Assembly: GCA_049999805.1 (NCBI GenBank)
Contig: JBNGIO010005421.1
Coordinates: 1-41,318 of the forward strand
Direction of reading: 5' to 3'
Origin: Folioceros fuciformis
Taxonomy: Eukaryota
DNA length: 41,318 bases
The notes under the pieces are model-generated. The model was not told the origin of the DNA and made no database searches. It saw only the letters and a list, made by a program, of their open reading frames with translations. Below, one piece after another: positions 1 through 12,426 of this stretch (the stretch's first letter is position 1; the number at the start of each line of letters is the position of its first letter). Position numbers and translations under genes: made by a program.

Positions 1-345
1 CATTGACTCAGACGCCGACTTCCGATTAAAGGTGAGACCGCCGGAGGAAGAAAGGATAACTCAGGTGGGAGCGTGAGAGCGTCCAATTCAAAAGCAAGCG
101 TAGGACCTCTGAACCACATTCCTCTGAATATGAATCAAGGAGGCAGTCATAATTACAACATTCCGAATGCCTACAACTTTGAAGAGAGATTGAGACTGAA
201 GAAGTTAGAAGACTGACTGCTAACCCCGATCTAACAACGGCTGTATGTCTCCACAGCCATATCTCCGTAGCCAAAGCGGCGAAAACCAGCAGGCACTGTA
301 GCAAGAGGGCAGGCAGCGAAGCAAAAGAGAAGGAAGGGCAGAGCA

Positions 346-1541
346 GTGCAGCAGGTGGAGCCAAAGCCCACTCAGGCAGTAGAAACAAATACAAAGAGGT
401 TTGAGAGGCTAGCGCAGGATGAAGACTACTTGAATGGGATAAGGAAGAAGGCCCACGCCAAGAGGATTCGGTCCACAACGTTTGATCTGCATGTAGATGT
501 TTTGCATCCTGTGTCTTTCATCACCTCTAACGCTCAGATAAGGCAAGTAGACGAAGCTTAGATGAAGAGCTTAGTAAAGCAGATGTAGGCTGGCTTTGTT
601 AAGGAAGGGATCTTGCCCCTCCTTTGTATGATTGATCCGAAGCAAGCAGTGAGCAAGGAAGAGGTTTCCTTGGACACGATAACGGCGCAGCAATACCATA
701 TGGGAGTCTTAGGGGGCACCCACTGCTTTGCAGCCATGCAAAAACTCCACCAAATGTCCCCGTGGAAGATAAGTATGAATGGATGGAAGGGCACGTGTAT
801 GCTGGGTTGACAGAGGAAGAGATGAGGGTTCTCGCTGTCGACCACAATGTCGATGCATACAAGTGGAAGAGGATGGGGTTCATTGAGCAGGTGCGATACA
901 TCCATGATGAGCTAGATATTTTTTTCCGGAATCATTCAGTGGAAGAGAAGCTGCCAGTGAAGTGGAAGTTCAACCTGTACAGGTTGCTAGGTATGACTAA
1001 CGAAGGTGGAGATCCTCACGACACAGACTAGGTGCAGAAAATGGTGGATAGGCAAACCTTGCCATATCGAGTAGCCAGATGCTCTTGGGTTCTTTGGGAC
1101 AATGTGGACATGATATTCATAATGAGGGAATAGGGTGAGCTACCAGAGCAGAAAAGCATGGTAACAGCAAAGACCACAAAGAGGGCAAAGGCAAAACGGA
1201 AGATAGAAGATTTTGCATTACAAAGTTATGTTACCCAAGTGACAGAAGATAGTAGCAGGAGGCTAGGAGCGATGCAGGGCAGGCCATGGAGAGCCTTTCA
1301 AGGTGTCCCAACAGGTGTGAAGGGAGAGGAGATGTTGATAGCAGTGACGCAGAAGGTGATTCAGGGCAAGCTTCAACTAAGAGACATGGACACTGAAGTC
1401 AGGAAGAAGAAGAAGATTCATCTGATACAACATGCCTTCCGAATGGCCATGAAGTGTGACACCTTTGAAGAAGCAGAAGAGATCTACCCCAAGCATACTC
1501 CTGGCCATCTTCTGAAATTCCAGATAGCCTTCGCCAAAGTG
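346..1541 (+). pseudogene. Decayed ParB/Srx-like domain gene, probably TE cargo
   Basis: Stitching ORFs 346-561, 613-810, 762-1031 and 1158-1580 across TAG stops and one frameshift gives IRQVDEA*MKSLVKQM...VLGGTHCFAAM...VYAGLTEEEMRVLAVDHN, resembling the ParB-N R..d...l...GxH(R)..A core. A GTAAG donor follows at about 1542. Confidence 0.5.
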
Positions 1542-1575
1542 GTAAGTTTTTTGCTGTTGTTTTCCTTCCCCCTAA

Positions 1576-2905
1576 TGTAGTGCATTGGACTAGAGTGCAC
1601 CGATCTACCGGCGCACTCTGGTCCTGCATGGGCAGCAGTGAGCCGGTAGACCGGCGCACTGAAGCCCGAGACTACAGCAGTGCACTAGTCTACTAGCGCA
1701 ATTGGGGCCGAACCGGCACTAGTGTGCCTCAAGGCGTAGCCCAAGCACCCAGTGCTCTCAAGGCCTTAAAGAGATACTGAACTCAACTCAAGAGTACAGA
1801 ACTGTCCTTAGCCCTTGGCTAGGTCCCCTTTTATACACAAGCTCTAGTCACTAACTTAGCAATTACTTACTTAAGCCTTAAGCTATTATTCACTACTACA
1901 CACTTTCCTAGGGCTGCTTGCTTTTCATGCTTTTAGTAACCTGCTCTGCTAAGCATGCCTCTGCATGGAGCTTACTTGCTTGGCACTCAAATCAGCGTTG
2001 TTACTTTCTCCCCCACTAGGAAAGAATCGCTGCCCTTAGTGATAACCAGTGTAACGAGCAATCATCTAGGAGCCTCTCTGGATATCCTCTAATGTTACCC
2101 AAACTAGTGTTGAGATCCCATGCAACTTTACCATGTATTGTGGTAGAGTTCCACGTCTCGTAGCCACGCTACCTTCTGCAAGGAATTCCTCAATCTCCCG
2201 CAGTCCTTGATCATTCTGCACCAGGATACTGTACTTCTTCCTGTCTATGTCCTCTTTCCCTTTACCTAGTACAAATGGTTTCAACATAGATACATAAAAC
2301 ACATTGTGTGCAAAAATCCAGTCAGGCAAGTCTAACTTGTAAGCCACTTCTCCAATGCGCTTCAAGACAACATATGGACCTCCATACTTTGGTCTCAACT
2401 TCAAAGACAATCCTTGGGGTAGTGTGAAATGCTTCAGTTTCACCCGAACCTTATCCCCAACATTGAAGACAATTTCTCTCCTGTGCTTATTAGCATATCT
2501 CTTTTGACGTGCTTGAGCCTTGGCTAATATCTTTTGGGCAACCTCATGCCTAGCCTTCAACTGCTCAACAAATTGGCATGGATCTCTGGTGGTAGTGTCG
2601 AAAACTTCAACATTTAACATGGATGTCACATTCAAAGCTGAATTTCCACTCATCTCAAAGGGACTACATCCCATGGAGCTATGTACTGTATTATTGTAAC
2701 AAAACTCCGCATCATCAAGATGATTAGCTCTATCTCTCTGATCAATCTGCACATATTGCCTCAAATATTCTTCTTGGATTCGGTTGACTCACTTAGTTAA
2801 CCCATCAGTATCTGGATGGTTTACAGTACTTATGCATAGTTGCACATTCAAACTCTTCATCAATTGCTACTAGAACTCTTTTGTGAATCTTGGATCTCTA
2901 TCACT
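1576..2905 (-). mobile_element. Truncated Ty3/gypsy (chromovirus-like) retrotransposon: integrase C-terminus, chromodomain-like tail, PPT and 3' LTR
   Basis: Minus strand reads SDRDPRFT (~2880-2905), [42 protein letters not shown] and a chromo-like tail (ORF 2066-2764). Polypurine tract AGTGGGGGAGAAAG at ~2004-2017. LTR-like segment with a TATA box runs down to ~1576 (boundary uncertain). Confidence 0.8.
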
Positions 2906-3184
2906 CAATCATTGGCTACTTACTCTAGTATATTAGGATATATTAGGATATATTAGGATATATTAGGATATTGCACTCTCGCATTTAGGGCTTACCTTCT
3001 CAATAGTTGTCTAGTAAAGGCTATATCTATAGCAGGTGCTGTGCACCATATTGCTTTGTATTGTTGAGTCCATATAAGCAAGTGGTGCTATTACGTATGC
3101 CATCCATAGCCTCTGCTTGTGTCTACTAACTGTGTTCATCTTATGTGTTGCCCAAGCTCTGTTGTGTCTAAGCTGTTTCTTTCA
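2905..3184 (+). repeat. Copia 5' LTR (first ~10 nt missing), with internal (TATTAGGATA)x4
   Basis: Aligns by eye with 5941-6184 and ends AGCTGTTTCTTTCA directly before the PBS. Confidence 0.85.
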
Positions 3185-3388
3185 TGGTATCAGAGCAGGA
3201 GCACTAATCGCGAGACTTGATAAGAGAGGACGGAGTTGTGATGGCGATGGGCTCAGTAACCACTGCGGCCTTGAGGACGCGGGTGTTTGATCCATGAAGG
3301 TTCTACTGATGGCAGAGAACACATATGGCATTGCCGATGGCAAAGAGCCGAAACCCGAAGATGAGGGGAAAAAGAGCAGAGAGAATGG

Positions 3389-4420
3389 ATGCAGATAGAC
3401 CACAAGGGTACTGCTCTCCTATATATGAATCTCTCTACGGCAGTCCAGCTGAAGGTCGGAGAACCAGACAAGGGCACGGAGTACATTTGGGATCTTCTTG
3501 ATAAGAAATATGGCCAAAAGGGAGTAGGTCAAGTATTTCACTTGTTTTGTCGTGTGAGAACATTAAAGTATTCAAACGGAGACGATTTGCGAAAGCACAA
3601 CGACACCTTTCATGAACTGTTTACAACGCTAGCATCAGCTAACGAGCGCTTTGCTATCCAAGAGGACATGCAGAAGATGTTTCTACATCGTTCTATGCCC
3701 GAAGCTTGGTCAGGGTTCATAGATTTTCTAATAGCCCAAGATACTCTCATATGGGAGGAGGTTACCTTTAAGATGTTGGCGAAGGAGACTTGCCAATCAG
3801 ACGCAATGGCGGGATCTTCAACTAGTTCGGAGCATGCGGTGTTCATCAAGGGGAAGGGACGGACCAAATGGAACAAGGACAAGCAAGGGGAGTCCTCGCA
3901 GGGACAGAAGGACAAGAGAATAGTGAAGATGGAACAATGCCGGAAATGCTTCAAGTATGGTCATTATGAGAAGGATTGCAAGGATTGGAAGACCGCACAT
4001 CTCATGGAGGGTGAGAGTAAAGGTGAGGTTGCGGAGGCAACGCTCATAGAAGAAGTATCGCACGCGTGCGACAGTACACAAACGAAACGATACCTAACGA
4101 TAGATTCTGCATGTATATCCTTTATGGTAAAGGATAAGAAGCTGCTTCAAGACTATAGGAGGGAGAAGATAGTGGTGCGCCTGAGGAATGATAGCGAGAT
4201 AGGCGTGGAGGGTGTGGGGGAGTATAGGCTCAGATTGCTCAACGACGAGGTCAAGGCAATGGAAGGAGCGCTGTCTGTACCGCATCTATGTAGAAATCTC
4301 ATGTCCGTGGCATCATTGACCGATGCAAGTCTGCAGGTCCTTTTTACAAAGAAGGAAGTTTTGTTTCTGAAGAATGGACAAATGCACATGCGATGTGGTG
4401 GCAAAAGGCCACCAGTATAA
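3389..4420 (+). pseudogene. Copia gag-protease ORF remnant
   Basis: 343-aa ORF with copia gag, zinc knuckle and aspartic protease motifs (VPHLCRNLMSV). The downstream pol is disrupted. Confidence 0.85.
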
Positions 4421-5779
4421 GGAACTTATACTAGATGGAGGTTCCTAACGACCAAGAGGTTTTGACAATGTCGGAGAATGGTGGAAATGCCTTACTGTGG
4501 CATAAACGGTTTGGGCATATCAACTTGAAGTTTCTCCTGGAGATGGAGCAGAAGAAGCTTGTGACAGAAATGGAGCTCTAGAAGGTAGAACTTGGTTTTT
4601 GTGACGCTTGCATGAAAGGCAAGCACCCCCGAAGATCTTATGTTTCAATCACGTAAAGAGCAAAAGAAGTCTTGGAAATTGTCCACTTTGATCTTTGTGG
4701 ACCAATGCAAGTGGAAGCAAGGAGGATATAGGCGAAATACTATATTTCGTTTATTGATGACAGGAGAACAGCGGTGTACTTCCTGCGGAAGAAGAGTGAC
4801 GCTCTCCAAGCATTTCAGATGTTCAGGGCGACTGTGGAGAAACAAATTGAAAAGAAGTTGAAGAAACGTCGAACTAATAGGGGAGGAGAGTATTTGAGTA
4901 AACTCTTCAAGGATGAATGCACAGCGGCCAAAATTGAGAGGCAGTTGACGACAAGGTACACATCGCAATAGGCAGGGATTACCGAGCAGAAGAATTGTAC
5001 CATCTGCAATGGCGCTAGGAGTATGCTAGTGGAAAGCAGGCTGCCAAAATATTTTTGGGTAGATATAGTGGCAGCGGCAGTACAGGTACAGAATATGTTA
5101 ATTACCATGGCGCTAGGTGGCTCCACGACTCCCCATGAAGCTTGGTTTGGTGAGAAACCAAATGTTTCACACTTGAGAGTGTTTGGCTATGTAGCATATA
5201 TGCATGTTCCTAAGCAACTGCGGAAGAAGTTGGATGACAGAAGCATCAAGTGCAGCTTCATGGGTTATGCGAATGAGCGAAAGGCTTACAAATTGTGGGA
5301 TCCCGTCAGCAAGCAGATGTATGAAAGTTCTGATGTCGTGTTCGCTGAGAGCAACTTCGGAAGTCATGCGGAGAGCACGACTATTTACACGGATCTCGAC
5401 TCTGAGTTTATCCAGGACACCTTCCTTGTTCTAGATCCACCAACGATAGCAGTAGAGGATCACCACACACTGAAGGGTGATGTAAGGACATCCTAGCAGG
5501 TGAGGTCGTACCACCTATTGTTCCCATAAGAATTCTTGAAGAAGGAAACCTAGAAGGAGCACAACAACAGCAGCTAGTTAAGGAGTTAGTTCCAGATGGT
5601 CGACAAGGGTCCGACTGCCTTCGTGGAAGGCCCTTCAGAATGCCCAGCTCAACATGGTGAGCAGACGAGAATGGTGTCTTCTTCTTGAAGATGATATCCC
5701 GCTCACAATTGAGGAAGCACGAAACGGACTTGAAGATCTCATACCTCCGTATCGAGGAGATAGTGGCGGATACCTTTAG

Positions 5780-5862
5780 CAAGGCGCTCAGCGTATCTTC
5801 ACCAAGGCGCTCAGCGTATCTTCACCAAGGCGCTCACCGTATCTTCACCAAGGCGCTCAGCG
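5780..5862 (+). repeat. 23-bp tandem repeat (CAAGGCGCTCAGCGTATCTTCAC) x~3.5 inside the RNaseH tail
   Basis: Read directly; units start at 5780, 5803, 5826 and 5849. Confidence 0.95.
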
Positions 5863-5930
5863 ATGCAAAGTTTGCACGTTGTTTTCGCTAGGATCTTGCG
5901 TCGGTAAGTAGCTTTAACTTAAAGGGGGAG

Positions 5931-6184
5931 TGTTAGAGATTCAAGCATCTGCTAATTATTCTATTATATTAAGATATATTAGTATATATTAGGATATATT
6001 AGGATATTGCACGCGTCTAGGGCTTACCTTCTCGATAGTTGTCCGGTAAAGGCTCGGTAAAGGTGATATATATGTAGCACCCTGCGCACCATGTTGATTC
6101 GTACTGTTGAGTCCGTCTAAGCCAGTGGTGTGCTATTGCGTGTGCTTGCCCAGGCTGTGTTGTGTCTGTGAGCTGTTTCTTTCA
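5931..6184 (+). repeat. Copia 3' LTR
   Basis: Follows the PPT, starts TGTTAG, ends TTTCA, and is homologous to the 5' LTR. Confidence 0.92.
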
Positions 6185-6236
6185 ATTTCCTGAAGTTTTC
6201 TGGAGTTGACGCTGCCTGCGGAGCTGCTTTACGCTG

Positions 6237-6246
6237 NNNNNNNNNN
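6237..6246. other. Assembly gap (10 N)
   Basis: Run of n. Confidence 1.
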
Positions 6247-7026
6247 TGCAAGGCGTTCATGCTCAGAATGTGAGGAAATTCGGTGTTGATGGAAGCAGAT
6301 ACATGCGGTTTGAGAACTGTAAAGTTTGGTTCCGGGTGCTTAATGTCAGCAGAGCAATTTTCACTTCGGTTTCGGTAGCGCGAGAGCACCCTGCTGTGTT
6401 GGATTGTCGTTTGCTTGGCAGTGCGTCTGTTTTTTCCCCTGGCAGATGGTGGCTGGGACGTCATGTAAGATCATTTCACTGGTGTCGTGTACTATCGGTG
6501 TCCCAGATCAATGTGATCCGACTCTGTGCTGTCAACTTGTGCTGAAGTGCTCTGTTGATGTCCATTCTTCGCGTCCTTAGCCCGTGGCCTGTGACGTGAG
6601 TTCCATGCACCTCTCGGAATTTGATTCCTCGTTGCAGATAGCTGGCAGTGCACTTCCTTGTCCTGTTGCTAGTGCACATTTCCCCTGGAACTATGCAAGT
6701 CTCTGGTCTAGGTTTTATGGCGTTGTTACCCTAATGCTTGAGCTGATGCTTTCTCCTGCAACGGTCAATACTTCTTCATGTAGCTGCACACGCATGTTTG
6801 GCAGGCCTTTGCCTTTTATCCTGTTCCTGAGTAGCAAAAGTTTCCTTCCCAACTCATGCCTGAACTCTTTTTGAAGCAGAGGCTTTGGTTGATGGTTGTG
6901 AACCCCTGAGCCTAGAGAGGTCATTATGTCTGGTGCAGGCAACGGTGTTTTACTCTGTTGGCATCAGCGTTGATCGGGTTCCGCTCTCGTGACTTCAGAT
7001 TGTATGGAATTCTTCCTTCCGAGGCT

Positions 7027-8770
7027 ATGGCATCACTACGAAGAGCTCTCTCGAGTCAGAACATCCCGAATGGCTCCCCCTTTGCGGTTCCCTCAGGCAC
7101 AGGTTATGGATCTGCCAGTGTTTCCCCGTCGATGAGTCCAACAGGGTTGAGCTCGCCTCCTGCTGCCGTCTCACCAGCAGAAGCGTATTTTACTAAGGTT
7201 GCAGCTCTGTCGCCTTCCTTCTTCTCATGGTTGAGGACTTATTCATGGTTTAGGACTGTAAAATTAGGAGGCCCGGATAAATCCAGATTCAAGGGAAGCA
7301 GCTTCAGAAAGTCAGTGTCTCTGGTGTTTCTTTGTTTCTTTGTGGGATTGGTTTTTGGCTTGACGCCACTGAGCTGGTATCACGCGAGACGGGAGTTTTT
7401 TCTGGAATCATTCAACAACCCTGACCTGGACGGGCCTGGTGACCCACATTTCACGACGGGAGATGAAACATCAATACACAGTAAGTCATATCGAAATCCA
7501 AGTGCTTCTAAGTGGAACATATGGTCGACTATGGGGGTAAGAAAGGAGTGGACAGTCCCTCTTAAGCCACTTATCATTGTTACTCCCACATACAACAGGC
7601 CTCTTCAGGCATATTATATGACGCGCCTAGCGCACACTCTGAAGTTGGTACCTCCTCCCCTTCTATGGATTGTTGTGGAGGAATACTGTCAGTCGGCAGA
7701 TACAGCACAGCTTTTAAGAACGACAGGCTTGATGTATCGGCATATAAGCTGTAATGCTACCACAACAGATATCAAAGACCGTGGGATATCGCAGAGAAAT
7801 GCAGCCCTTGCTCATATTGAGCAACACCAGCTTGATGGTATTGTGTACTTCGCTGACGACGACAACGTTTACACCATGGAGCTTTTTGAGCAACTGAGGG
7901 AGGTCAAGTAAGCCCCTGACGTACTGCCCTTGTGGCTATACTGCCTTGAGTCTCATTTTCTGTCATTGTAGGGGTGCCGAGCTGTACTTAGGCTCAAACA
8001 ATCCTCACAGCAAAGGGAGCTTCGGATAGGATTTCCTACCGGTGAAATCCACATGATCTAGAGTTATTTTAGTTGTTGCTGGTGGCTAGGCTGAAGAGAG
8101 CTCAAGTAATAGCTGCACCTGTTGACGCCTGTTGAGTATTGCGAGCGTGTCTGTGATGATGTTCTTCTCATGATCGCTTTGCAGGAGATTTGGAACTTGG
8201 CCCGTGGCGTTCTTGGTTCCAGGCAAAGCTAAGGCTGTGTTGGAGGGGCCTGTGTGCAAGGAACACGAAGTTATTGGATGGCATACAAATGACAAGAGCA
8301 AGAGACTTCGAAGATTCCATGTTGATATGGCTGGATTTGCCTTTAATAGCACCATACTCTGGGATCCTCAAAGGTGGGGGAGATGGATACGTGATCCCAT
8401 TCGGCAGCTGGACACGGTTAAGGAGGGATTCCAGGTACTTTACGGTCAGAGCTCGCCCGAGCTCCACATTGGATTCACCTCGAAGAGCAGAGATGACACT
8501 CCGAACGTCTCCTACTCAGTTAATTTGTGGATGACGATCTTCCATCAAATGGTGAGCCCTGATTCCTCATCGTGTTGCATCTTGCAGGAGACAACCTTCA
8601 TAGAGCAACTGGTGGAAGATGAAAGCCAGATGGAGGGCCTTCCCAGCGGATGCTCCAAGGTGATGGTCTGGCATCTACATTTTGAGACTCCAGGTCTGCC
8701 ATATCCCGCAGGCTGGGTTCTGAAAGACCATTTGCCATCCGTGATCCCTGCGTATCACCCATCTGCCTGA
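7027..8770 (+). CDS. IRX9L: GT43 beta-1,4-xylosyltransferase, IRX9/IRX9L clade (437 aa; exons 7027-7907, 8185-8434, 8588-8770)
   Basis: MASLRR start, type [62 protein letters not shown] introns keep the frame. Confidence 0.93.
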
Positions 8771-9258
8771 CGGGCTTCAGGTTGAAGACTGTAGCTCTGA
8801 TGAGAGGGGCAAAGTCAGACTCAGTTTTGCTGGCATCGACTGGCGTATGGCTCTCAATTGCTGCCATGCTTTTGCTCGTTCTTTGTCTGTACGATTACAG
8901 CTGTGCATTTAGCACCTCCTTGAGCGAGGCTCATCAGAAACGCTGGGAGAAGAGGTCGCGCTATTTGCTTCACCGACAAGCTCCACTGGAGGAAACCTGG
9001 ACAAGTTCTCGGGGGTTGCAAGCAAAAGGCTTCACACTTGGCCATATTGATTCGTTGGCCGAGGGTGTGAGTGGGCCACCAGGTGAGTGTACAAAAATTT
9101 TGCCCATGCATGAGGTACCAAAATTTAGGGATGAGAGGGAGGTGAGAGCCTTGTAATACACCATTCGCATTTTTCCTGGACTCGTAGGACTCAGGTAGAT
9201 TAGGTGTGTAGCCAGTCAGCAATAATTATACGTACTGGCCTTCACGTGCGCAACTGTA

Positions 9259-12200
9259 TCAAATGTCACATACGATACCCACCTCAATAAGCCGGTCGGC
9301 TGGGATGCCAAGCGCGAATACACCGGAGCGGCAGTTTCTCCTGAGAGCTGCGTACGCTGTGTCCAATACGAACCGGCGCAGCCAGCTGGAACCGGGAGCT
9401 GCCTGTATTTCGGATCGGCCGACAACATGGACTATACCCCGCTCCCGCGCGGAGCGGAGGCAGCTCAGTTCCAAGCCGACGGGTCCTGTCCCCTGGTCCC
9501 CGCCCACCCCCGTGTCCACCTGAAGGAAACGGGTCCCCGAGCCCCGGCGGTGGGTGACCGGGTTTGGGCTTGGTTCCGGTTCTGGCGAAGGGAGTGGGCG
9601 GGGAACAGGAGGCGGTCCCGACAGCAGCAACACCTCGAGCCCCTGTATGACGAGGTCCTCAAGAGCCCTCCCCCGCACGTGCGTGTCAGTGTAGCCATAG
9701 CGCAGCACGCATTGATAGCAATTGCGGACGGGCAGGCGGCGCAGCAGCAGGCGCTCCCCCGGTAGCACGCTGGTGACAGGAACAGGCTTCACGCACACGA
9801 ACACCAAAACCTGGTGGATGGCCGGTAGGCTGCGCAGGAAGTGTGTGAAAGTGGGAGGGACTGAGCTCACCAGTTGGCTGTAGAAGAAGGCTATCCCGGG
9901 CAACGCCACCTGCGACTGTGCGGCACCCACATCTCCAGCCACCGCGTCCATGGCGGCCGTACGCGCACCGTCGTATTTTCGCTTGCTGTCTGACCCGTAG
10001 TGCCAGACGTACATTACAGCGAGCAGGACGCCGCCCAGGAGGAGCGGCACCCATCCCCCTCCTGGCACCTTCACCAGCGCCGAGCTCAGGTACACGGCCT
10101 CCCCGCATCCGAACACTGCCACGAAGAGAGCCGCGCAGAAGGGGTGCCACACCCACACAACCACCATCACCAGCGCCACCAGCAGGCTGGTGATGAGCAT
10201 CACCGACACCACCGCGATGCCTGCACCGACACAGCTGCCCCTATCACGTGACCACGCTGTCTCTCTCTCCTCACGTGCTCACGTGAGGCTGGGAGCCCCC
10301 CCTTCCCTCATCGCGTGACCCTGGGAGCCCCCCCCTCTTCTCTCATCGAGTGACCCCATCTCGTGATGACTGCCTATTTTATACACATGTGTGCTACAGT
10401 GCAGTGCAGTACATGTTTGCTCCCCTGCTCCGCGTGTTTGCAGCATGCTGGGTTGTCCGTCCGCATTTGCCCACAGATGTCGCCTGAGGGGGCGAGACGC
10501 ACATCGAGGAAGGAGGACGGCAAGGTGCGGTGCGCAGGGAGGGGGGGAGGACGAGAGCACGGGACCAGGCAGAAAGCACGTACCGTATGCGTGGCCCAGG
10601 GCGTTGGCGGAGCGGAAGCCCGCGACGACGGCGATGGAGAGCAGCATGAGCATGTAGTTCACCTCGGGAATGTAGATCTGGCCCGGCACGGTCTTGGATG
10701 TGTGGATGATTTTGACGCGGGGGAAGCAGCCCAGCGCCATGGTCTGCTTGATGACGGAGAAGGCGCCGGAGATCATGGCCTGGCTGGCCACGATGGTGGC
10801 CAGAGTGGCCATCACCAGAGTGGGCCAGTACATGGCCTTGGGCACGGCTTTGTAGAAGGCCGCCGCCACGTTCTCGGGGTGGATGCTCAGGTACGCGGCC
10901 TGTCCGAAGTAGGCCAGGATCAAGCTCGGGTATACTACACCTGTGAAGGCCATCTGCACACGAGCAGAGCAGCAGCATCGATGTTTAGGGTTTATGGGTT
11001 AGGGTTAGGGTTAGGGTTGCGGAGTTAGAGCAGAGCTCACCTGGATGGATGTCTTGGAGAAGTGGCCTAGGTCGGCGAACATGGCCTCCGTGCCTGTGAT
11101 GCACAGCACCACGCCGCCGAGCTCCGTCCACCCCTGCTTCTTCTTCTTGAGGAAGAATTTGATGGCGTGGTGCGGGCCTACGGCTCGGAAGATGCTGGGT
11201 TGGTACTTGGCGATGTTGTAGGTGCCCAGGGAGCCGATGAGGAGCAGCCAGGTGACGACGATGGGGGCGAAGAGGAAGCCTACTTTGTCTGTGCCCTTGC
11301 TTTGGAGCAGGAAGAGGGCCAGGAGGATGGCGCATGTTATGAGCACCACCGTGTCTGCATGGGGGGAGGAGAGGACGGGTGGTGTCACGTACATGAGTGA
11401 GTAGCTTGATCATCATTTCTGCATCGTCAGGAAGGAGGGCTTCGTGTTACAGGGGGGCAGGAGGTGGGCATACTCTTGCCCAGATGTGGAGCTTGCACTT
11501 GGATTCCTTCCACGGCGGAGAGAACTGCGCGCACAGCAACCACGCAGCCAGGCAGAGGAGTGGTGATTTGAGTGAGTCAGGTGGTTGCAGTACATGTCAA
11601 GCGTTTGGAGAGAGAGAGACACAGGGCTGCTGCATAATGTCACGCAATGTTTAATGGAAGCCAAGGGGGAACGGGGAACTCACCAGAGATGGCTGGAGTG
11701 AGAATGCCGTCTCCTACTACCATGGAGCTTCCCAGCATGACGAACAGTAGCAACGCTTTCTTCAACACTTTGCTCTTCTCCAGTAGTAATCTGACCTTGG
11801 GAGTTGCGCCTACGGAGCGCCTGCGGCTGTAGTTTGCCAGCTGCGTGTCGGAGGTGTGCTGCGAGGCGAGAAGGCTGCATCTGGCATGCCTGCAGAGCAA
11901 AGTATACAATGCAGCAGTTCCTCCTGTTAAAGCAGGAGCACGAACGAGGCTGCTATCAGCAGCCTGAAAGAGGAAGCCCGAAGGTGTTAGTTTTGGGGGT
12001 GGCGTCGAGCAAGATGCTAGGTCTGCAAGGGCAGGATAGAGTTCTCACCTTCGCCGTTGTCGTCGGCGTTTAGGACGATGAAGACGTACTTGAGCAGACC
12101 GATCAGCGTGAGAGTCCAGAAGATGAGTGACATGGCGCCCAGTACCTCCACCCTCTCAACGGCAGTGTCTGCGAATGTGGATGAGAAGACGTAAAGTGGG

Positions 12201-12426
12201 GACGTTCCCAAGTCTCCGTAGATTACTCCCATGCTCTGATAAGCAAGCAGCAGGACCCTGTATTTCGAAGCTTCAGTCTGCAAGACAAGGACTTGCACCG
12301 TGAGAGACACAGGGCTGTCTTGGTGGTTGCACCCGACGAAAACATTCTGTGGCAACCCCAGTCTCCAGTTGTTCTGCCACCTACCTCGCTGAGAGTGACT
12401 GTCTGTGCTACGCTCTCCAACTCCAT
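9259..12426 (-). CDS. HAK: KUP/HAK/KT potassium transporter (exons 12426-12385, 12277-12049, 11923-11684, 11524-11474, 11354-11041, 10953-10584, 10220-9259)
   Basis: [59 protein letters not shown], and C-terminal LIEVGI. The start codon is uncertain because the frame stays open upstream. Confidence 0.95.
10983..11018 (+). repeat. Short telomere-like tract (TTTAGGG, then TTAGGG x3) in a KUP intron
   Basis: GTTTAGGGTTTATGGGTTAGGGTTAGGGTTAGGGTT read directly. Confidence 0.85.

Larger units (their letters stand above)
2905..6184 (+). mobile_element. Ty1/copia LTR retrotransposon, internally deleted (most of RT missing), non-autonomous
   Basis: 5' LTR ~2905-3184; PBS TGGTATCAGAGC (tRNA-iMet) at 3185-3196; gag with CX2CX4HX4C knuckle (CRKCFKYGHYEKDC); protease IDSAC; GAG-pre-integrase (LWHKRFGH, CDAC); integrase with stops and frameshifts; RNaseH tail (ADTFSKAL); PPT AAAGGGGGAG at 5921-5930; 3' LTR TG...CA at 5931-6184. 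Confidence 0.93.

Noticed and set aside
8782-9222. ORFs between the convergent GT43 and KUP stop codons
   Set aside because: Most likely 3' UTR sequence; the hydrophobic stretch has no family motif.
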